DNA of 64,000 bases from NCBI GenBank assembly GCA_027317865.1, contig DAHVQG010000008.1, forward strand, positions 64,001 through 128,000, in the 5' to 3' direction. Shown piece after piece: positions 28,019 to 40,502 of this stretch. Within the stretch, counting starts at the first letter, position 1. Every line of letters begins with the position of its first letter. Source of the stretch: Bdellovibrionales bacterium (GTDB lineage: Bacteria; Bdellovibrionota; Bdellovibrionia; Bdellovibrionales; UBA1609). Position numbers and translations under genes: made by a program. Below the pieces are notes generated by a model. It had not been told where the DNA came from. It saw nothing but the letters and a program-made list of their open reading frames with translations, and did not search any database.

Positions 28019-29169
28019 TAGTGTGCTCCCATCAAAAGCATCCATCCGCCCGTCAGAATAACGTTAAAAAGCGCCCACGGTAGCATGGTCTTCCAACCAA
28101 GATCCATAAGCTGGTCGTAGCGAAAGCGGGGGAGGGTCCAGCGCACCCATATGAACACCCACAAGAAAAAGAGAACTTTGATGAAAAACACTATAAATAA
28201 TACGATAGACGTTAAAATTGCGATTGGATTGGCGCCCCAATGAACCCATGTTGCAATTTGATTATGCACTTGTTCAACCGTAAGACCCGGAATCAAATAT
28301 CCGCCAAAATAAAACGTCACCATAAGCGCTGAACTCACAAGCATGTGCCCATATTCGCCGATGTAAAACATGAGCATTTTAAGGCCGCCGTACTCGGTGT
28401 GGTAACCGGCAACGAGTTCGCCCTCGGCCTCAGGCAAATCAAACGGCAATCGATTTGTTTCGGCAAATGTTGCGGCAAAAAACAAAATGGCGCCTAAAGG
28501 TTGATAAAAAATACCCCAATTCAGCGCCGGCACATGAAAATGCATGCCAAGAAAGGAGGTGAGCGGCGCGCTTTGAAAGTGTACCATTTGCGAAAAATCA
28601 AACGTGCCAAAAACCATAATCGCGCCAACAAGCGATAGCCCCAGGGCCAGTTCGTAGCTGATCGTTTGTGCGCTGGCCCTCAACGCACCCATTAAAGAAT
28701 ATTTATTTGACGACCCCCATCCGGCCATCAAAAGCGAATAAGCGCCAAGAGATGAAACGCCCAACACAAACACAATCCCAACGCCAAAATGAAAGCTTTG
28801 AAATTCAAAATTATAGGGTCCGAATTTATGCCCATTCCATAAAAATTGGCTGATGTGTATCGGCGCAGAAAGCGGAATTGATGCGAATGCCAAGGCCGCC
28901 GGCACAAGGGCTAATACTGGGGCAGCATAAAAGACAAGCCCCAAGCCTCGTTCTGGTAAAAATTCTTCTTTTTGTAAAAATTTAACCGCATCGGCCAATA
29001 ATTGCATGAGCCCCAAAGGTCCGACACGATTTGGGCCCAGCCGCGACTGAATGAAAGCAGATCCTCGCCGCTCAACCCATACAAGAATGGGCACAAGCTG
29101 CACCATCAATAGAAAAATGGCGAGCATTTTGACCGTATTTATCGTTATCTCAAAAAAATCTTGCCCCAT
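28018..29169 (-). CDS. nuoH: NADH-quinone oxidoreductase subunit H
   Basis: RLGPNRVGPLG, AETNRLPFDLPEAEGELVAGYHTEY, PRFRYDQLM. Confidence 0.96.
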   Translation of the reverse strand: MGQDFFEITINTVKMLAIFLLMVQLVPILVWVERRGSAFIQSRLGPNRVGPLGLMQLLADAVKFLQKEEFLPERGLGLVFYAAPVLALVPAALAFASIPLSAPIHISQFLWNGHKFGPYNFEFQSFHFGVGIVFVLGVSSLGAYSLLMAGWGSSNKYSLMGALRASAQTISYELALGLSLVGAIMVFGTFDFSQMVHFQSAPLTSFLGMHFHVPALNWGIFYQPLGAILFFAATFAETNRLPFDLPEAEGELVAGYHTEYGGLKMLMFYIGEYGHMLVSSALMVTFYFGGYLIPGLTVEQVHNQIATWVHWGANPIAILTSIVLFIVFFIKVLFFLWVFIWVRWTLPRFRYDQLMDLGWKTMLPWALFNVILTGGWMLLMGAH

Positions 29170-29180
29170 GTTTTATTTGA

Positions 29181-29552
29181 TTATTCCCACTCAAGCGCGT
29201 GCGATTTGATTTCCCAAAATAAACCAAAAATAAAAATCAGTAAAAATACCCCCATCACGCCTGCAATATACGGGCCCGCGCCTCGTGATGCAAAATCGCG
29301 AAACGACACTGCCCATGGGTACATAAATATAATTTCGATATCAAAAAGAATAAAAAGTATTGCGGTTAGATAAAATTTAACTGGAATTTTCGTGTTTCCC
29401 GTCACTTGCTCCGGTAAGCCGCACTCGTAAGCTTCTGATTTAACTTTGCTCGGCTTGGCTCGGGAGCTGAGAAGCCCCGCCACAAGAAGAAGCACAGAGC
29501 CAAAAATAATGACAAATAATAAGAGCACCAACGCTGCAAACAATGGCATCAT
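29181..29552 (-). CDS. nuoA: NADH-quinone oxidoreductase subunit A
   Basis: YECG, FYLTAILFILFDIE, YPWAV, ALEW. Confidence 0.94.
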   Translation of the reverse strand: MMPLFAALVLLLFVIIFGSVLLLVAGLLSSRAKPSKVKSEAYECGLPEQVTGNTKIPVKFYLTAILFILFDIEIIFMYPWAVSFRDFASRGAGPYIAGVMGVFLLIFIFGLFWEIKSHALEWE

Positions 29553-29677
29553 GAAAATTCTCGCTGTTTATGTCCCTTCTGTTATACAAATGGTCATCGA
29601 CTTCTCCAACCAAATGATTTTGTGCGGCGGGCTATTTTTCTTCCGATGTCTGCTCCCTCTCACGATTTATTTTTGCT

Positions 29678-32600
29678 ATGCTACAGTTTCGCGTGCCAAA
29701 TCGACTCAATCCGGCTGCTGTTGAAGTTGAGCCCCTAACGCTCGACACGATTGCAAGCCTCTCGCGTGCCCTTGAAGTTCGAGCCCCGCCCATCCATTTG
29801 GCGGGAGTGCACTCGTGTGCCTCGCTTGGCCTTCTCTTGTCCCAGACACATTCCGGCCGGCCTGCAAAGCGACCTCTCGTGATTGTAACCCCTGATCATG
29901 AAACAGCCGAGCGGCTTATGCAGTCGATCGAGTTTTTTGATCCTTTTCGACCCATTCATTTACTGCCGGCTTTTGACGTTGATCCGTACAGTGGTCTTTA
30001 CCCAAACCCGCGCGTCATTGCTTCGCGCTTAAGATGGCTCTACCAGGCGACTCGCGCATACGAAGGCGAGATTTTTGTCGCTTCAGTTGAAGCGTTAATG
30101 CAAAAAACCTTGCCGTTTCAGGTTTTCAATTCGTCGACGCGCGTAATCGAACGCGGCTCCGAGCTACCGAAAGATTTTGCCTCTTATCTGGCCGCACTTG
30201 GTTATACGTCAGTTCCAACAGTTGAAGATGTGGGTTCGTTTACCCTCCGGGGCGGTGTAATCGATATTTTTTCGCCCGCACACTCCTACCCCGTGCGTCT
30301 TGAGCTTTTCGGCGACACCGTTGAGACACTTCGCTTTTTTGATCCCTCGACGCAGTTAAGCCTTGAAAATTCGGCATTTATTGAAAAAGCTGCCGCAGCC
30401 GTGCTTTTGCCCGCACGTGAAGTCCTCTATTCTGATGATAATCGGCAGCGCCTCGCACGCGCCCTTTCACAAGACTCGGCCGTCCACGCGAGCTCACAAG
30501 AGGCACGCCGCGAAGTACTTCGCGCCATCACTCAAGGTCAGCCCTTTTATGGCATCGATTATTTGATTCCATTTTTTTATGAAAACCCTGACTCTCCTCT
30601 GCAGTTCTTTTCTTGCCCCGTCGACTATTGGATCTTTCACGAGCTTGAAGCCACGCGCAAGGCAGACGAAGTATTTGCGCGGTTAAAAAAGGGATTTACC
30701 GAGTCGCACTCCAGTCACTTTCAAATACCGGTAGAAAAGCTCTATGTAGAATTTGAAAAACTTGAGCTGCCACCGGAATCAACTTCCATTTACATCAACA
30801 CCACAGTTCTTGGCCAAAATCACGAGGATGCGCCTCTTGAAATGACCACCTTTTCATTACAAGATTTTGCCGCAAACGCCCAACCGCTTGTCACTAAAAT
30901 TGATCAGCTTAGCCAATATTTGGGCGGCAAATTTCAAGAATGGCAAGATCTTCACTACCGCGTCTTCGTCGCGTGCAATACGCAAAGCTCCCTTGAAAGA
31001 CTAAAAGCTCTTTTTGAAAAGGCGAATATTCCCACGCTCGCGGTAAACAGTGACGTTTACACATGGTCGCAAACGTTGGAGCAAATGGCGCGTGCGCCGG
31101 TCGTGGCACTTGTGGCGCGGCGGTTGCCCGAATCATTTCGAATTCCGAGTGAACACTTTGTTTTTTTACGAGATGAGGATATTTGGGGTAAGCGCGGCCT
31201 TAGACGGCAAAACATTCAACCGGATATGGAGGCGCCACTTGCGCGCTCTCAAGCGCTCAGTTTTGGAGATCTTAACCCAGGAGATCTTGTTGTTCATCGC
31301 GTGCACGGTGTCGCTCGTTACGAAGGTTTAAAAGTCATGCGCATAGAGGGTGCTGAAGCCGAATTTATTGAGCTTGGGTATCGCGACGGTGATCGTTTGT
31401 ATTTGCCAATTTATCGAATCGGCCAGCTGCACAAATTCGTAGGGCCATCGGGCGATCACATGATTGATAAGCTCGGCACGAATTCTTGGAGCAAGGCCAA
31501 AACCAAAGTACGAAGCCACCTACGTGACATTGCTTCAAAACTTCTCGCGCTCTATGCAAAACGGGCTGAAATTTACCGGGCTCCGCTTTCGCCGCCTGAT
31601 AATAATTTTGTTGAGTTCGAAAATTTGTTCCCTTACGACGAAACGCCCGATCAACTTCACGCTATCTCGGATATTCTAAATGACTTTCGCAAAGAACGCC
31701 CCATGGACCGCCTTATTTGCGGTGACGTCGGCTTTGGCAAAACTGAAGTGGCGATGCGTGCGGCATTTAAGGTTGTCGAAGATCACAAACAAGTGGCCAT
31801 CATTGCGCCGACAACTATTTTAACATTTCAACACTATGAAAATTTTAAAAAGCGCTTCTCCGGTTGGGCAGTTGAAATACGGGAGCTCAACCGATTTGTT
31901 TCTTCACGCGATGTTAAAAAAACTCTCGCCGACCTTCGTGACGGCAAGGTGGATATCGTCATTGGCACGCACCGGCTTTTAAGTCGCGACGTTGAATTTA
32001 AAAATTTGGGGCTTCTTATAATTGATGAAGAACAAAAATTTGGGGTGACCCATAAAGAGCGCCTTCGCCACCTTCGCGAAAACGTAGACACGCTTGCCAT
32101 GTCGGCCACACCGATTCCCAGAACACTAAACATGAGTCTTGTCGGTATTCGGGACATGAGTCTTATTAACACTCCACCGGAGGATCGACTGCCCACGCGA
32201 ACATTTGTCGTGAAATCCGATGACGCCACTATCGCAAAGGCAATCGAAAGCGAAATCGCGCGCGGTGGCCAGGTATTCTTTTTACATAACCGCGTTCAAA
32301 CAATTGATGAAGTAGCGGCGCGAATTCGCAAAATTGTTCCCGCTGCTCGCATTGCCATCGCGCATGGTCAGATGGAAGAGGATGCTCTTGAAAAGGCAAT
32401 GCTTAAAGTTTTTCACCACGAAGTAGATGTGCTCATTTGCACCTCTATTATCGAATCGGGGATGGATATCCCCCGCGCCAACACGATTCTAATCGATAAC
32501 GCGCATACCTTTGGCCTCAGTCAACTTTATCAACTTCGCGGCCGCGTGGGCCGCAGTCACGACCGCGCCTATTGCTATCTCCTTCTGCCGCAAGATCGCC

Positions 32601-33319
32601 GCATTGACGCTGAAGCTGCCGAGCGCCTTAAAGTTATTCAAGAAAATACAGCTCTTGGTAGCGGCATTCGAGTTGCACAATATGATCTTGAGCTGCGCGG
32701 GGCTGGCGATATTCTAGGAGAAAGCCAGTCGGGCCACATTAATGCCGTCGGCTATGAACTTTATTTGGAACTTCTTGAAGAAGCCGTCAGCGCCCAAAAA
32801 GGAGATTCGTCAACAGACGCGGAGCTGGAGCCTGAAATGAATTTGCGAATTTCGGCGCTCTTTCCTGATACGTATATCCCTGACATTCGCATGCGGCTTT
32901 ATTATTACAAAGTCTTGTCGCAAATTCGAAGCGAAGAAGATATCGACCGAATTGAAGAAGAATTGCGCGACCAGTTTGGGCCTCCGCCCGAGCAAGTTCT
33001 CAACTTACTCGGGCTCATGTACATTCGCCGCCTGTGTCGTGATTTAGGTGTGCGAGATATCAGTGCAAGTAAATTGTCACTGACTCTTTCATTCACAGAA
33101 AAAACTACGCTGCCGACGGATGAGATTATCCGGCTTACCACAAGAGAAAACAAAAAATACCAGTTGGCTCCTGATCAGCGTCTTAAAATCAGAATGAACG
33201 AAATCACATGGCCCCGCGTGGTTGATGAGCTATTATCTTTACTCGCCTTGTGCCCCAATAAATCAGGCGCCGCATCGAGAAGGCTACAGCTCAACACTCA
33301 ACCCCATGGCAAGGCTTAG
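29678..33319 (+). CDS. mfd: Transcription-repair coupling factor (start uncertain)
   Basis: RGGVIDIF, CarD-like RID domain, CGDVGFGKTEVA, DEEQKFG, SATPIPRT, QLRGRVGRS, TRCF domain. Confidence 0.96.
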   Translation: MLQFRVPNRLNPAAVEVEPLTLDTIASLSRALEVRAPPIHLAGVHSCASLGLLLSQTHSGRPAKRPLVIVTPDHETAERLMQSIEFFDPFRPIHLLPAFDVDPYSGLYPNPRVIASRLRWLYQATRAYEGEIFVASVEALMQKTLPFQVFNSSTRVIERGSELPKDFASYLAALGYTSVPTVEDVGSFTLRGGVIDIFSPAHSYPVRLELFGDTVETLRFFDPSTQLSLENSAFIEKAAAAVLLPAREVLYSDDNRQRLARALSQDSAVHASSQEARREVLRAITQGQPFYGIDYLIPFFYENPDSPLQFFSCPVDYWIFHELEATRKADEVFARLKKGFTESHSSHFQIPVEKLYVEFEKLELPPESTSIYINTTVLGQNHEDAPLEMTTFSLQDFAANAQPLVTKIDQLSQYLGGKFQEWQDLHYRVFVACNTQSSLERLKALFEKANIPTLAVNSDVYTWSQTLEQMARAPVVALVARRLPESFRIPSEHFVFLRDEDIWGKRGLRRQNIQPDMEAPLARSQALSFGDLNPGDLVVHRVHGVARYEGLKVMRIEGAEAEFIELGYRDGDRLYLPIYRIGQLHKFVGPSGDHMIDKLGTNSWSKAKTKVRSHLRDIASKLLALYAKRAEIYRAPLSPPDNNFVEFENLFPYDETPDQLHAISDILNDFRKERPMDRLICGDVGFGKTEVAMRAAFKVVEDHKQVAIIAPTTILTFQHYENFKKRFSGWAVEIRELNRFVSSRDVKKTLADLRDGKVDIVIGTHRLLSRDVEFKNLGLLIIDEEQKFGVTHKERLRHLRENVDTLAMSATPIPRTLNMSLVGIRDMSLINTPPEDRLPTRTFVVKSDDATIAKAIESEIARGGQVFFLHNRVQTIDEVAARIRKIVPAARIAIAHGQMEEDALEKAMLKVFHHEVDVLICTSIIESGMDIPRANTILIDNAHTFGLSQLYQLRGRVGRSHDRAYCYLLLPQDRRIDAEAAERLKVIQENTALGSGIRVAQYDLELRGAGDILGESQSGHINAVGYELYLELLEEAVSAQKGDSSTDAELEPEMNLRISALFPDTYIPDIRMRLYYYKVLSQIRSEEDIDRIEEELRDQFGPPPEQVLNLLGLMYIRRLCRDLGVRDISASKLSLTLSFTEKTTLPTDEIIRLTTRENKKYQLAPDQRLKIRMNEITWPRVVDELLSLLALCPNKSGAASRRLQLNTQPHGKA

Positions 33320-34186
33320 CGGGCTCGAAAAATCTTTTTCGTTAGCACCAGAAGATCCGACACTCATGTACTCGCGCGCTTCAGCAAATAGGTACCAATT
33401 TTCAACTCCGGCCTCGTTGTACCCGGCTACAGTTGATCTTGCGTCGAGCCAATTAAGCTGCAAGAATGCGCCGAACCCCCAATAGGGAGCAAAATTTGTT
33501 CTGCCTACGAGTTTCGAATTTCCTTGCGTTTCAGAGTACTGAAATTGATACGCCCCACCCATTATGTACGGAGCGATGACCGGCTCGCGCCAAAGAGTAT
33601 CCATAATGTAGCGAAGACCCAACCGCGTTTCTTGACCAACAAGTGAAGCATTGCCAATTTCTATCGATTTTGAAGTCGCGTTGTAATAGCCATAGGCGCC
33701 TTCAACGGCTAACGCTCCCAGCGAAAAATTATAGCGGAACATATAAGACGCTTCGACCATTGGCACCGCCGATGAGCTGTACAGCTGCGAGAAACTTTGT
33801 GTCCCTGGACTTAAATAGTCCGTTTGATAATTTACCGGACTGTATTCGCTTGCCGTCAGAGTAATTTGGCTGTCAAAACGGTTGCGACGAATGCGATAGG
33901 GGACAAGACCATATCCAAATGTGTTATTTCCCGGCAAAACCATGTTCGGGATTTTTTCAACAAGCTCACGTTTTTTAAGCTCTTCGTAACTAAGCGGCTT
34001 TTCCCGATAATTTTCTTGCTCGATTTTTATTTTCTTAATGATTTGTGCGCGAGACTCGCCGGCAACGTGAAAATACGAAGCCTCGGCATTTGCAACAACG
34101 CCTATCGACACAAATCCAATCGTGGCAATGACGAAAATAAATGCAAAACGTTTCGCAAATAATATCGCGACATTCGCACTTCTCAT
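33284..34186 (-). CDS. Exported hypothetical protein, probable outer-membrane beta-barrel
   Basis: Signal peptide (ANA), alternating aromatic/Gly beta-strands, C-terminal strand LAMGLSVEL. Confidence 0.6.
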   Translation of the reverse strand: MRSANVAILFAKRFAFIFVIATIGFVSIGVVANAEASYFHVAGESRAQIIKKIKIEQENYREKPLSYEELKKRELVEKIPNMVLPGNNTFGYGLVPYRIRRNRFDSQITLTASEYSPVNYQTDYLSPGTQSFSQLYSSSAVPMVEASYMFRYNFSLGALAVEGAYGYYNATSKSIEIGNASLVGQETRLGLRYIMDTLWREPVIAPYIMGGAYQFQYSETQGNSKLVGRTNFAPYWGFGAFLQLNWLDARSTVAGYNEAGVENWYLFAEAREYMSVGSSGANEKDFSSPLSLAMGLSVEL

Positions 34187-34205
34187 TCATACATTATAGG
34201 GTCGG

Positions 34206-34607
34206 CTATTCGACAAGGGCCAGTCGTGCGCTTTCTTTCAAGACTTTGTTCTGCATAAGAATATATTCATCGGGTGCTAGACCAGCGTCTTGGAGTCTCG
34301 ACATTGCACGCTTGTATTGTTCTTCAGCACGAAGTTTATCGATTTCTTCCGGCCATTCGGCGGTGTCTGCTAAAACCGTAACGCCTGTCTGGTTCACTTG
34401 TACATAACCCCAGCTAATCGCCGCCTGACGGAATTCACTTTTGCCCTTGATCCGTACACGCAGAACTCCCGCATGAAGTGTCGTCATAAGTGGAGCATGC
34501 CCCGGCAAAATATCAAGTTCACCGCGATCTGCCGGCACTATGAGCTCATCGATTTCGACGTCGCTGAGCATTTTCTTATCTGGAGTCACTAAGGTCAGTT
34601 TAAACAC
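34206..34607 (-). CDS. atpC: ATP synthase F1 epsilon
   Basis: LVTPDK, GELDILPGHAPL, VTVLAD. Confidence 0.94.
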   Translation of the reverse strand: MFKLTLVTPDKKMLSDVEIDELIVPADRGELDILPGHAPLMTTLHAGVLRVRIKGKSEFRQAAISWGYVQVNQTGVTVLADTAEWPEEIDKLRAEEQYKRAMSRLQDAGLAPDEYILMQNKVLKESARLALVE

Positions 34608-34622
34608 TACGGCGCTCCCAAA

Positions 34623-36948
<2,326 letters not shown>

Positions 36949-36958
36949 CGACTATTCC

Positions 36959-38485
36959 CTAATTTTCGCTTGATGAGCGAAATACGGCCTTAAATTCGTC
37001 CAGCGCTTTTTTTAGCTGCGCTTTTGTTTCGTCTTTTATTGTCTTGTCTTGAGTGATTTTAGCTAAAACGGCCTGATGTTTTTGACTCAAAAATTCGAGA
37101 ACCTCTTTGTCGTAACGTTTCACGTCTGCTTCCGGGTAGCCATCAAGGTAGCCGTTTGTTGCGGCAAAAATTACGACCACTTGATTTTCAACTCGGTAGG
37201 GTGAGTATTGCGGTTGTTTTAAGACTTCTACAAGCCTGCGTCCGCGTGCGAGTTGCGCTTGTGTGGCCGCATCGAGGTCAGACGCGAATGCAGAGAACGC
37301 CTCAAGCTCGCGAAACTGGGCCAGTTCAAGTTTCAATGTCCCGGCCACTTGTTTCATTGCCTTAATTTGTGCCGCTCCGCCAACTCGAGAAACCGATTTG
37401 CCCACATCAACGGCCGGCCGTATCCCTTTGTAGAACAGATCGGCAAGAAGAAAAATCTGGCCATCGGTAATTGAAATTACGTTAGTTGGAATATAGGCCG
37501 AAATATCGCCGGCCTGAGTTTCAATAATTGGTAACGCCGTTAGCGATCCGCCACCCGTTTCAGGACTCATTTTTGCGGCACGCTCAAGAAGGCGCGAGTG
37601 AAGATAAAACACATCGCCCGGAAAAGCCTCGCGGCCCGGTGGGCGACGAAGTAAGAGGGACAACTGACGATAGGCCTGCGCTTGTTTTGTTAAATCGTCA
37701 TATATAATGAGCGCGTGCTTTCCGGTGTCGCGAAAATACTCGGCCATTGCACAGCCAGAAAATGGCGCAAGAAATTGTAGTGGGGCCGGATCTGAAGCCG
37801 TAGCCGCGACAACCGTGGTGTATCGCATGGCTCCTGCATTGCGGAGTTTTTCCACCACTTGTGCTACGGTAGATTTTTTTTGCCCAATGGCCACATAGAA
37901 ACAGTGAACATTTTGATCGCCTTGATTGATAATCGTATCGATAGCGATCGCGGTTTTGCCGGTTTGTCGATCGCCAATGATAAGTTCCCTCTGCCCGCGC
38001 CCAATTGGAATCATGGAGTCGATGGCTTTGATTCCCGTTTGCATCGGCTCGCTCACCGGTTGGCGTTTTATGATTCCGGGAGCTTTAATATCCACCACAC
38101 GAAATTCGGTTGCAGCAATTGGTCCTTTTCCGTCTATCGGAGTCCCCAGCGCGTCAACTACACGCCCAATCACAGCTTCACCAGCCGGAACCTGCACAAT
38201 TTTTTTTGTCCGCTTAACGGTATCGCCTTCTTTGATTTCTCGATCTTCGCCGAAAATCACAATACCAACGGAATCCTGCTCAAGGTTTAAAACCATCCCA
38301 TAAACCGGCCCCGGAAATTCGACAAGCTCGCCGGCCATTGCGTTATCTAGGCCAAATACCCGCGCGACGCCATCGCCAACCGACAAGACAGTTCCTGTTT
38401 CAGTTATCTCTAGCGTTTTAGAATAGTTTTTTATCTGCTCTTTTAGTACACGGCTGATTTCATCTGCCCGAATCGAAATGTTCAT
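36959..38485 (-). CDS. atpA: ATP synthase F1 alpha
   Basis: [31 protein letters not shown]. Confidence 0.97.
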   Translation of the reverse strand: MNISIRADEISRVLKEQIKNYSKTLEITETGTVLSVGDGVARVFGLDNAMAGELVEFPGPVYGMVLNLEQDSVGIVIFGEDREIKEGDTVKRTKKIVQVPAGEAVIGRVVDALGTPIDGKGPIAATEFRVVDIKAPGIIKRQPVSEPMQTGIKAIDSMIPIGRGQRELIIGDRQTGKTAIAIDTIINQGDQNVHCFYVAIGQKKSTVAQVVEKLRNAGAMRYTTVVAATASDPAPLQFLAPFSGCAMAEYFRDTGKHALIIYDDLTKQAQAYRQLSLLLRRPPGREAFPGDVFYLHSRLLERAAKMSPETGGGSLTALPIIETQAGDISAYIPTNVISITDGQIFLLADLFYKGIRPAVDVGKSVSRVGGAAQIKAMKQVAGTLKLELAQFRELEAFSAFASDLDAATQAQLARGRRLVEVLKQPQYSPYRVENQVVVIFAATNGYLDGYPEADVKRYDKEVLEFLSQKHQAVLAKITQDKTIKDETKAQLKKALDEFKAVFRSSSEN

Positions 38486-39036
38486 CGACCTAACACTCCT
38501 CTGGTTAATTCTTCTTTAATTTGATTGAGGTGGGAAAAAAGGCTGTCGTCGAAGGTGAGGCTTCCCACTTGCGCCGCCATGCCGCCCAACATGTGTTCAT
38601 CTTGGGTGTAGTCCAAAACGACTTTTTTACGACAATATTTTTCAATTGCCGCCTGTATATCGGCTTTTTCTTTTTCGCTTAGCTCTCCTGCCGAGCGGAC
38701 GTGCCCTCGCTCGACATGATCAAGTTCGTCTATTTTTGCACGATATGCCTCGGCAATTTCTTGAATGAGATTAAGTCGGTCTTTCGCGGCCAAAAGCCGA
38801 ACAAAATCTCGAAACTCCTCTGGGGCTTTTAAGCTTTTAAAAACCTGATTGAGGGTTTCTTCTTTCTTTTCGGGCGCGATAAGCGGCGTTTCAACAAAGA
38901 GCTTCAGCTCTTCGGCAGAATTCAGTGCTCGTGAAAGTTCAAACAACAGGTCGCCAAACATGTGCCGCGTATGGGAGTCGTCGACCGTGAGAAAAAGTGC
39001 TCGTGCATAACGAAACGAAAGTTCAGAAGGCTTCAT
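38482..39036 (-). CDS. atpH: ATP synthase delta
   Basis: [10 protein letters not shown]...VG...DDSL; position before atpA. Confidence 0.9.
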   Translation of the reverse strand: MKPSELSFRYARALFLTVDDSHTRHMFGDLLFELSRALNSAEELKLFVETPLIAPEKKEETLNQVFKSLKAPEEFRDFVRLLAAKDRLNLIQEIAEAYRAKIDELDHVERGHVRSAGELSEKEKADIQAAIEKYCRKKVVLDYTQDEHMLGGMAAQVGSLTFDDSLFSHLNQIKEELTRGVLGR

Positions 39037-39041
39037 CGTTT

Positions 39042-39533
39042 TTATGTGGCTTTCACTTTATTAATAAACTCGTCATTTAATTTTGCTCTCAAGTTTTTGT
39101 CTGTCCGGCTCTTTAAGAGTGTACTTGCGTACTGTGTTGCTTCATTTACAATTTCTAGCCGCAACATATTTGCTGCCCGTTCGAATTCATATTGTGCAAT
39201 TTCTTGTGCCTCTAAGGCTTGGCGTTCGGCCGTCTTTTTTGCTTCATTAATCGTTTTGATTCGCAACTCTTCAGATTCACGTTTTGCGGTATCAATCGCA
39301 TGGTTTTCAGATTGTTCTAGCTCGCGAAGCTTCAGTTCGGCTTCGCTGTGGCGCCGTTCGGCCGCCAATTTGGCGCCTTCTGCCTGTTCGCGTGCCGCCG
39401 AAAATGTGGATACTTTCTTTTCAAGTAGTTCTTTGATTGGCTTTCGCGTGAAGTACGCAAGAACTCCGATAAAAACCGCAAAATTAAAGATTTGAGGGAA
39501 GATCAGGGACTTCCAAGGAATTTCATTCATCAT
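39042..39533 (-). CDS. atpF: ATP synthase F0 subunit b
   Basis: QIFNF + TM + KPI + long coiled coil. Confidence 0.88.
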   Translation of the reverse strand: MMNEIPWKSLIFPQIFNFAVFIGVLAYFTRKPIKELLEKKVSTFSAAREQAEGAKLAAERRHSEAELKLRELEQSENHAIDTAKRESEELRIKTINEAKKTAERQALEAQEIAQYEFERAANMLRLEIVNEATQYASTLLKSRTDKNLRAKLNDEFINKVKAT

Positions 39534-39991
39534 AGCGCCGCACCTCCGGGCCCCAGAAGACGATCCGCAATTGCAGCACCAATTTGAGGAGTTTCGCGGG
39601 CCAATTGTTCCCGCGCCAGAGTCGCTTCTTCTTGAACATGGAGTCGCGCTTTTTCAAGTATGCGCTGAATCTGCTCGCGCGATTCGACATAAATTTTGTC
39701 CTGTTCGACGGTGGCTTCAAGGCGTGCTTTTTCGTAAATCCCGGCTATTTTTGAACTGATCTCTCTCGCCTTAATCTGATATGCATTCTCAATTGTTTTA
39801 GCTTTCTCAACGAACTGATTTGCCACTTCATTGTTACCGACCGTGGCTGTTTTTCGCTTTTGGTGAGCGCGATGGTAGGGTTTAAAAACCAAACTCTGCA
39901 GAATCAAGTACACAAATATGAAAATAGCCATTTGAATAAATAGCGTGTCGTTGATTCCAAGGGAGTGAATAATGCTGAGAATGTTATTCAT
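39530..39991 (-). CDS. ATP synthase F0 subunit b'
   Basis: TLFIQM..F, LVFKPY, coiled coil; second b-type gene. Confidence 0.85.
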   Translation of the reverse strand: MNNILSIIHSLGINDTLFIQMAIFIFVYLILQSLVFKPYHRAHQKRKTATVGNNEVANQFVEKAKTIENAYQIKAREISSKIAGIYEKARLEATVEQDKIYVESREQIQRILEKARLHVQEEATLAREQLARETPQIGAAIADRLLGPGGAAL

Positions 39992-40039
39992 CGGCTTCTC
40001 TAATAGTTTTCGCCACCGTCGATTTCTTAAGTATTTGGA

Positions 40040-40067
40040 AGTATCCTTGAATATAAGCTTCGGTCAA
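40040..40067 (-). promoter_or_regulatory. Putative sigma70 promoter of atpF'FHAGDC
   Basis: Minus strand TTGACC-N16-GATACT in the intergenic region. Confidence 0.45.
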
Positions 40068-40127
40068 GCGTAAACGGGATTTTATAAGAAGGTCTGTTTG
40101 GGTTTGTGCTGCCTCTCGATTGAATGC

Positions 40128-40502
40128 TTATTTTTTAGGCATGTACGAGGCCCCCTCAAAGACGACTCCTTCATCTATTCTAAGGCTTGGGGTTGTCACT
40201 GTTCCGGTAAATGTTGCCGGCGGGTGCATGACAACTTTGCGTCTTGCAAAAATATTGCCCCTAACTACGCCACTAATAATGACCGTTTCCGCTTCAATTT
40301 GAGCTTCTACCCGGGCACCCTGATTGATCACAAGGGTATCATTAGTAAAAATCTCACCGCGAAATTGTCCCCCAATTCGAACCGTGCCCTCAAACGTAAG
40401 GCGGCCGTCAAATGTACAGCCCTGATCGAGAAGCGCTGTCACTTGGCCGGGGATAACCGCTGGCTGAGCTTCATAACTTTTCAAAACTTGTGTCTCATTC
40501 AT
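40128..40502 (-). CDS. Bactofilin (polymer-forming cytoskeletal protein)
   Basis: Beta-helix repeats: FDGRLTFEGTVRIGGQFRGEI...VIISGVVRGNI...LRIDEGVVFEG. Confidence 0.93.
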   Translation of the reverse strand: MNETQVLKSYEAQPAVIPGQVTALLDQGCTFDGRLTFEGTVRIGGQFRGEIFTNDTLVINQGARVEAQIEAETVIISGVVRGNIFARRKVVMHPPATFTGTVTTPSLRIDEGVVFEGASYMPKK

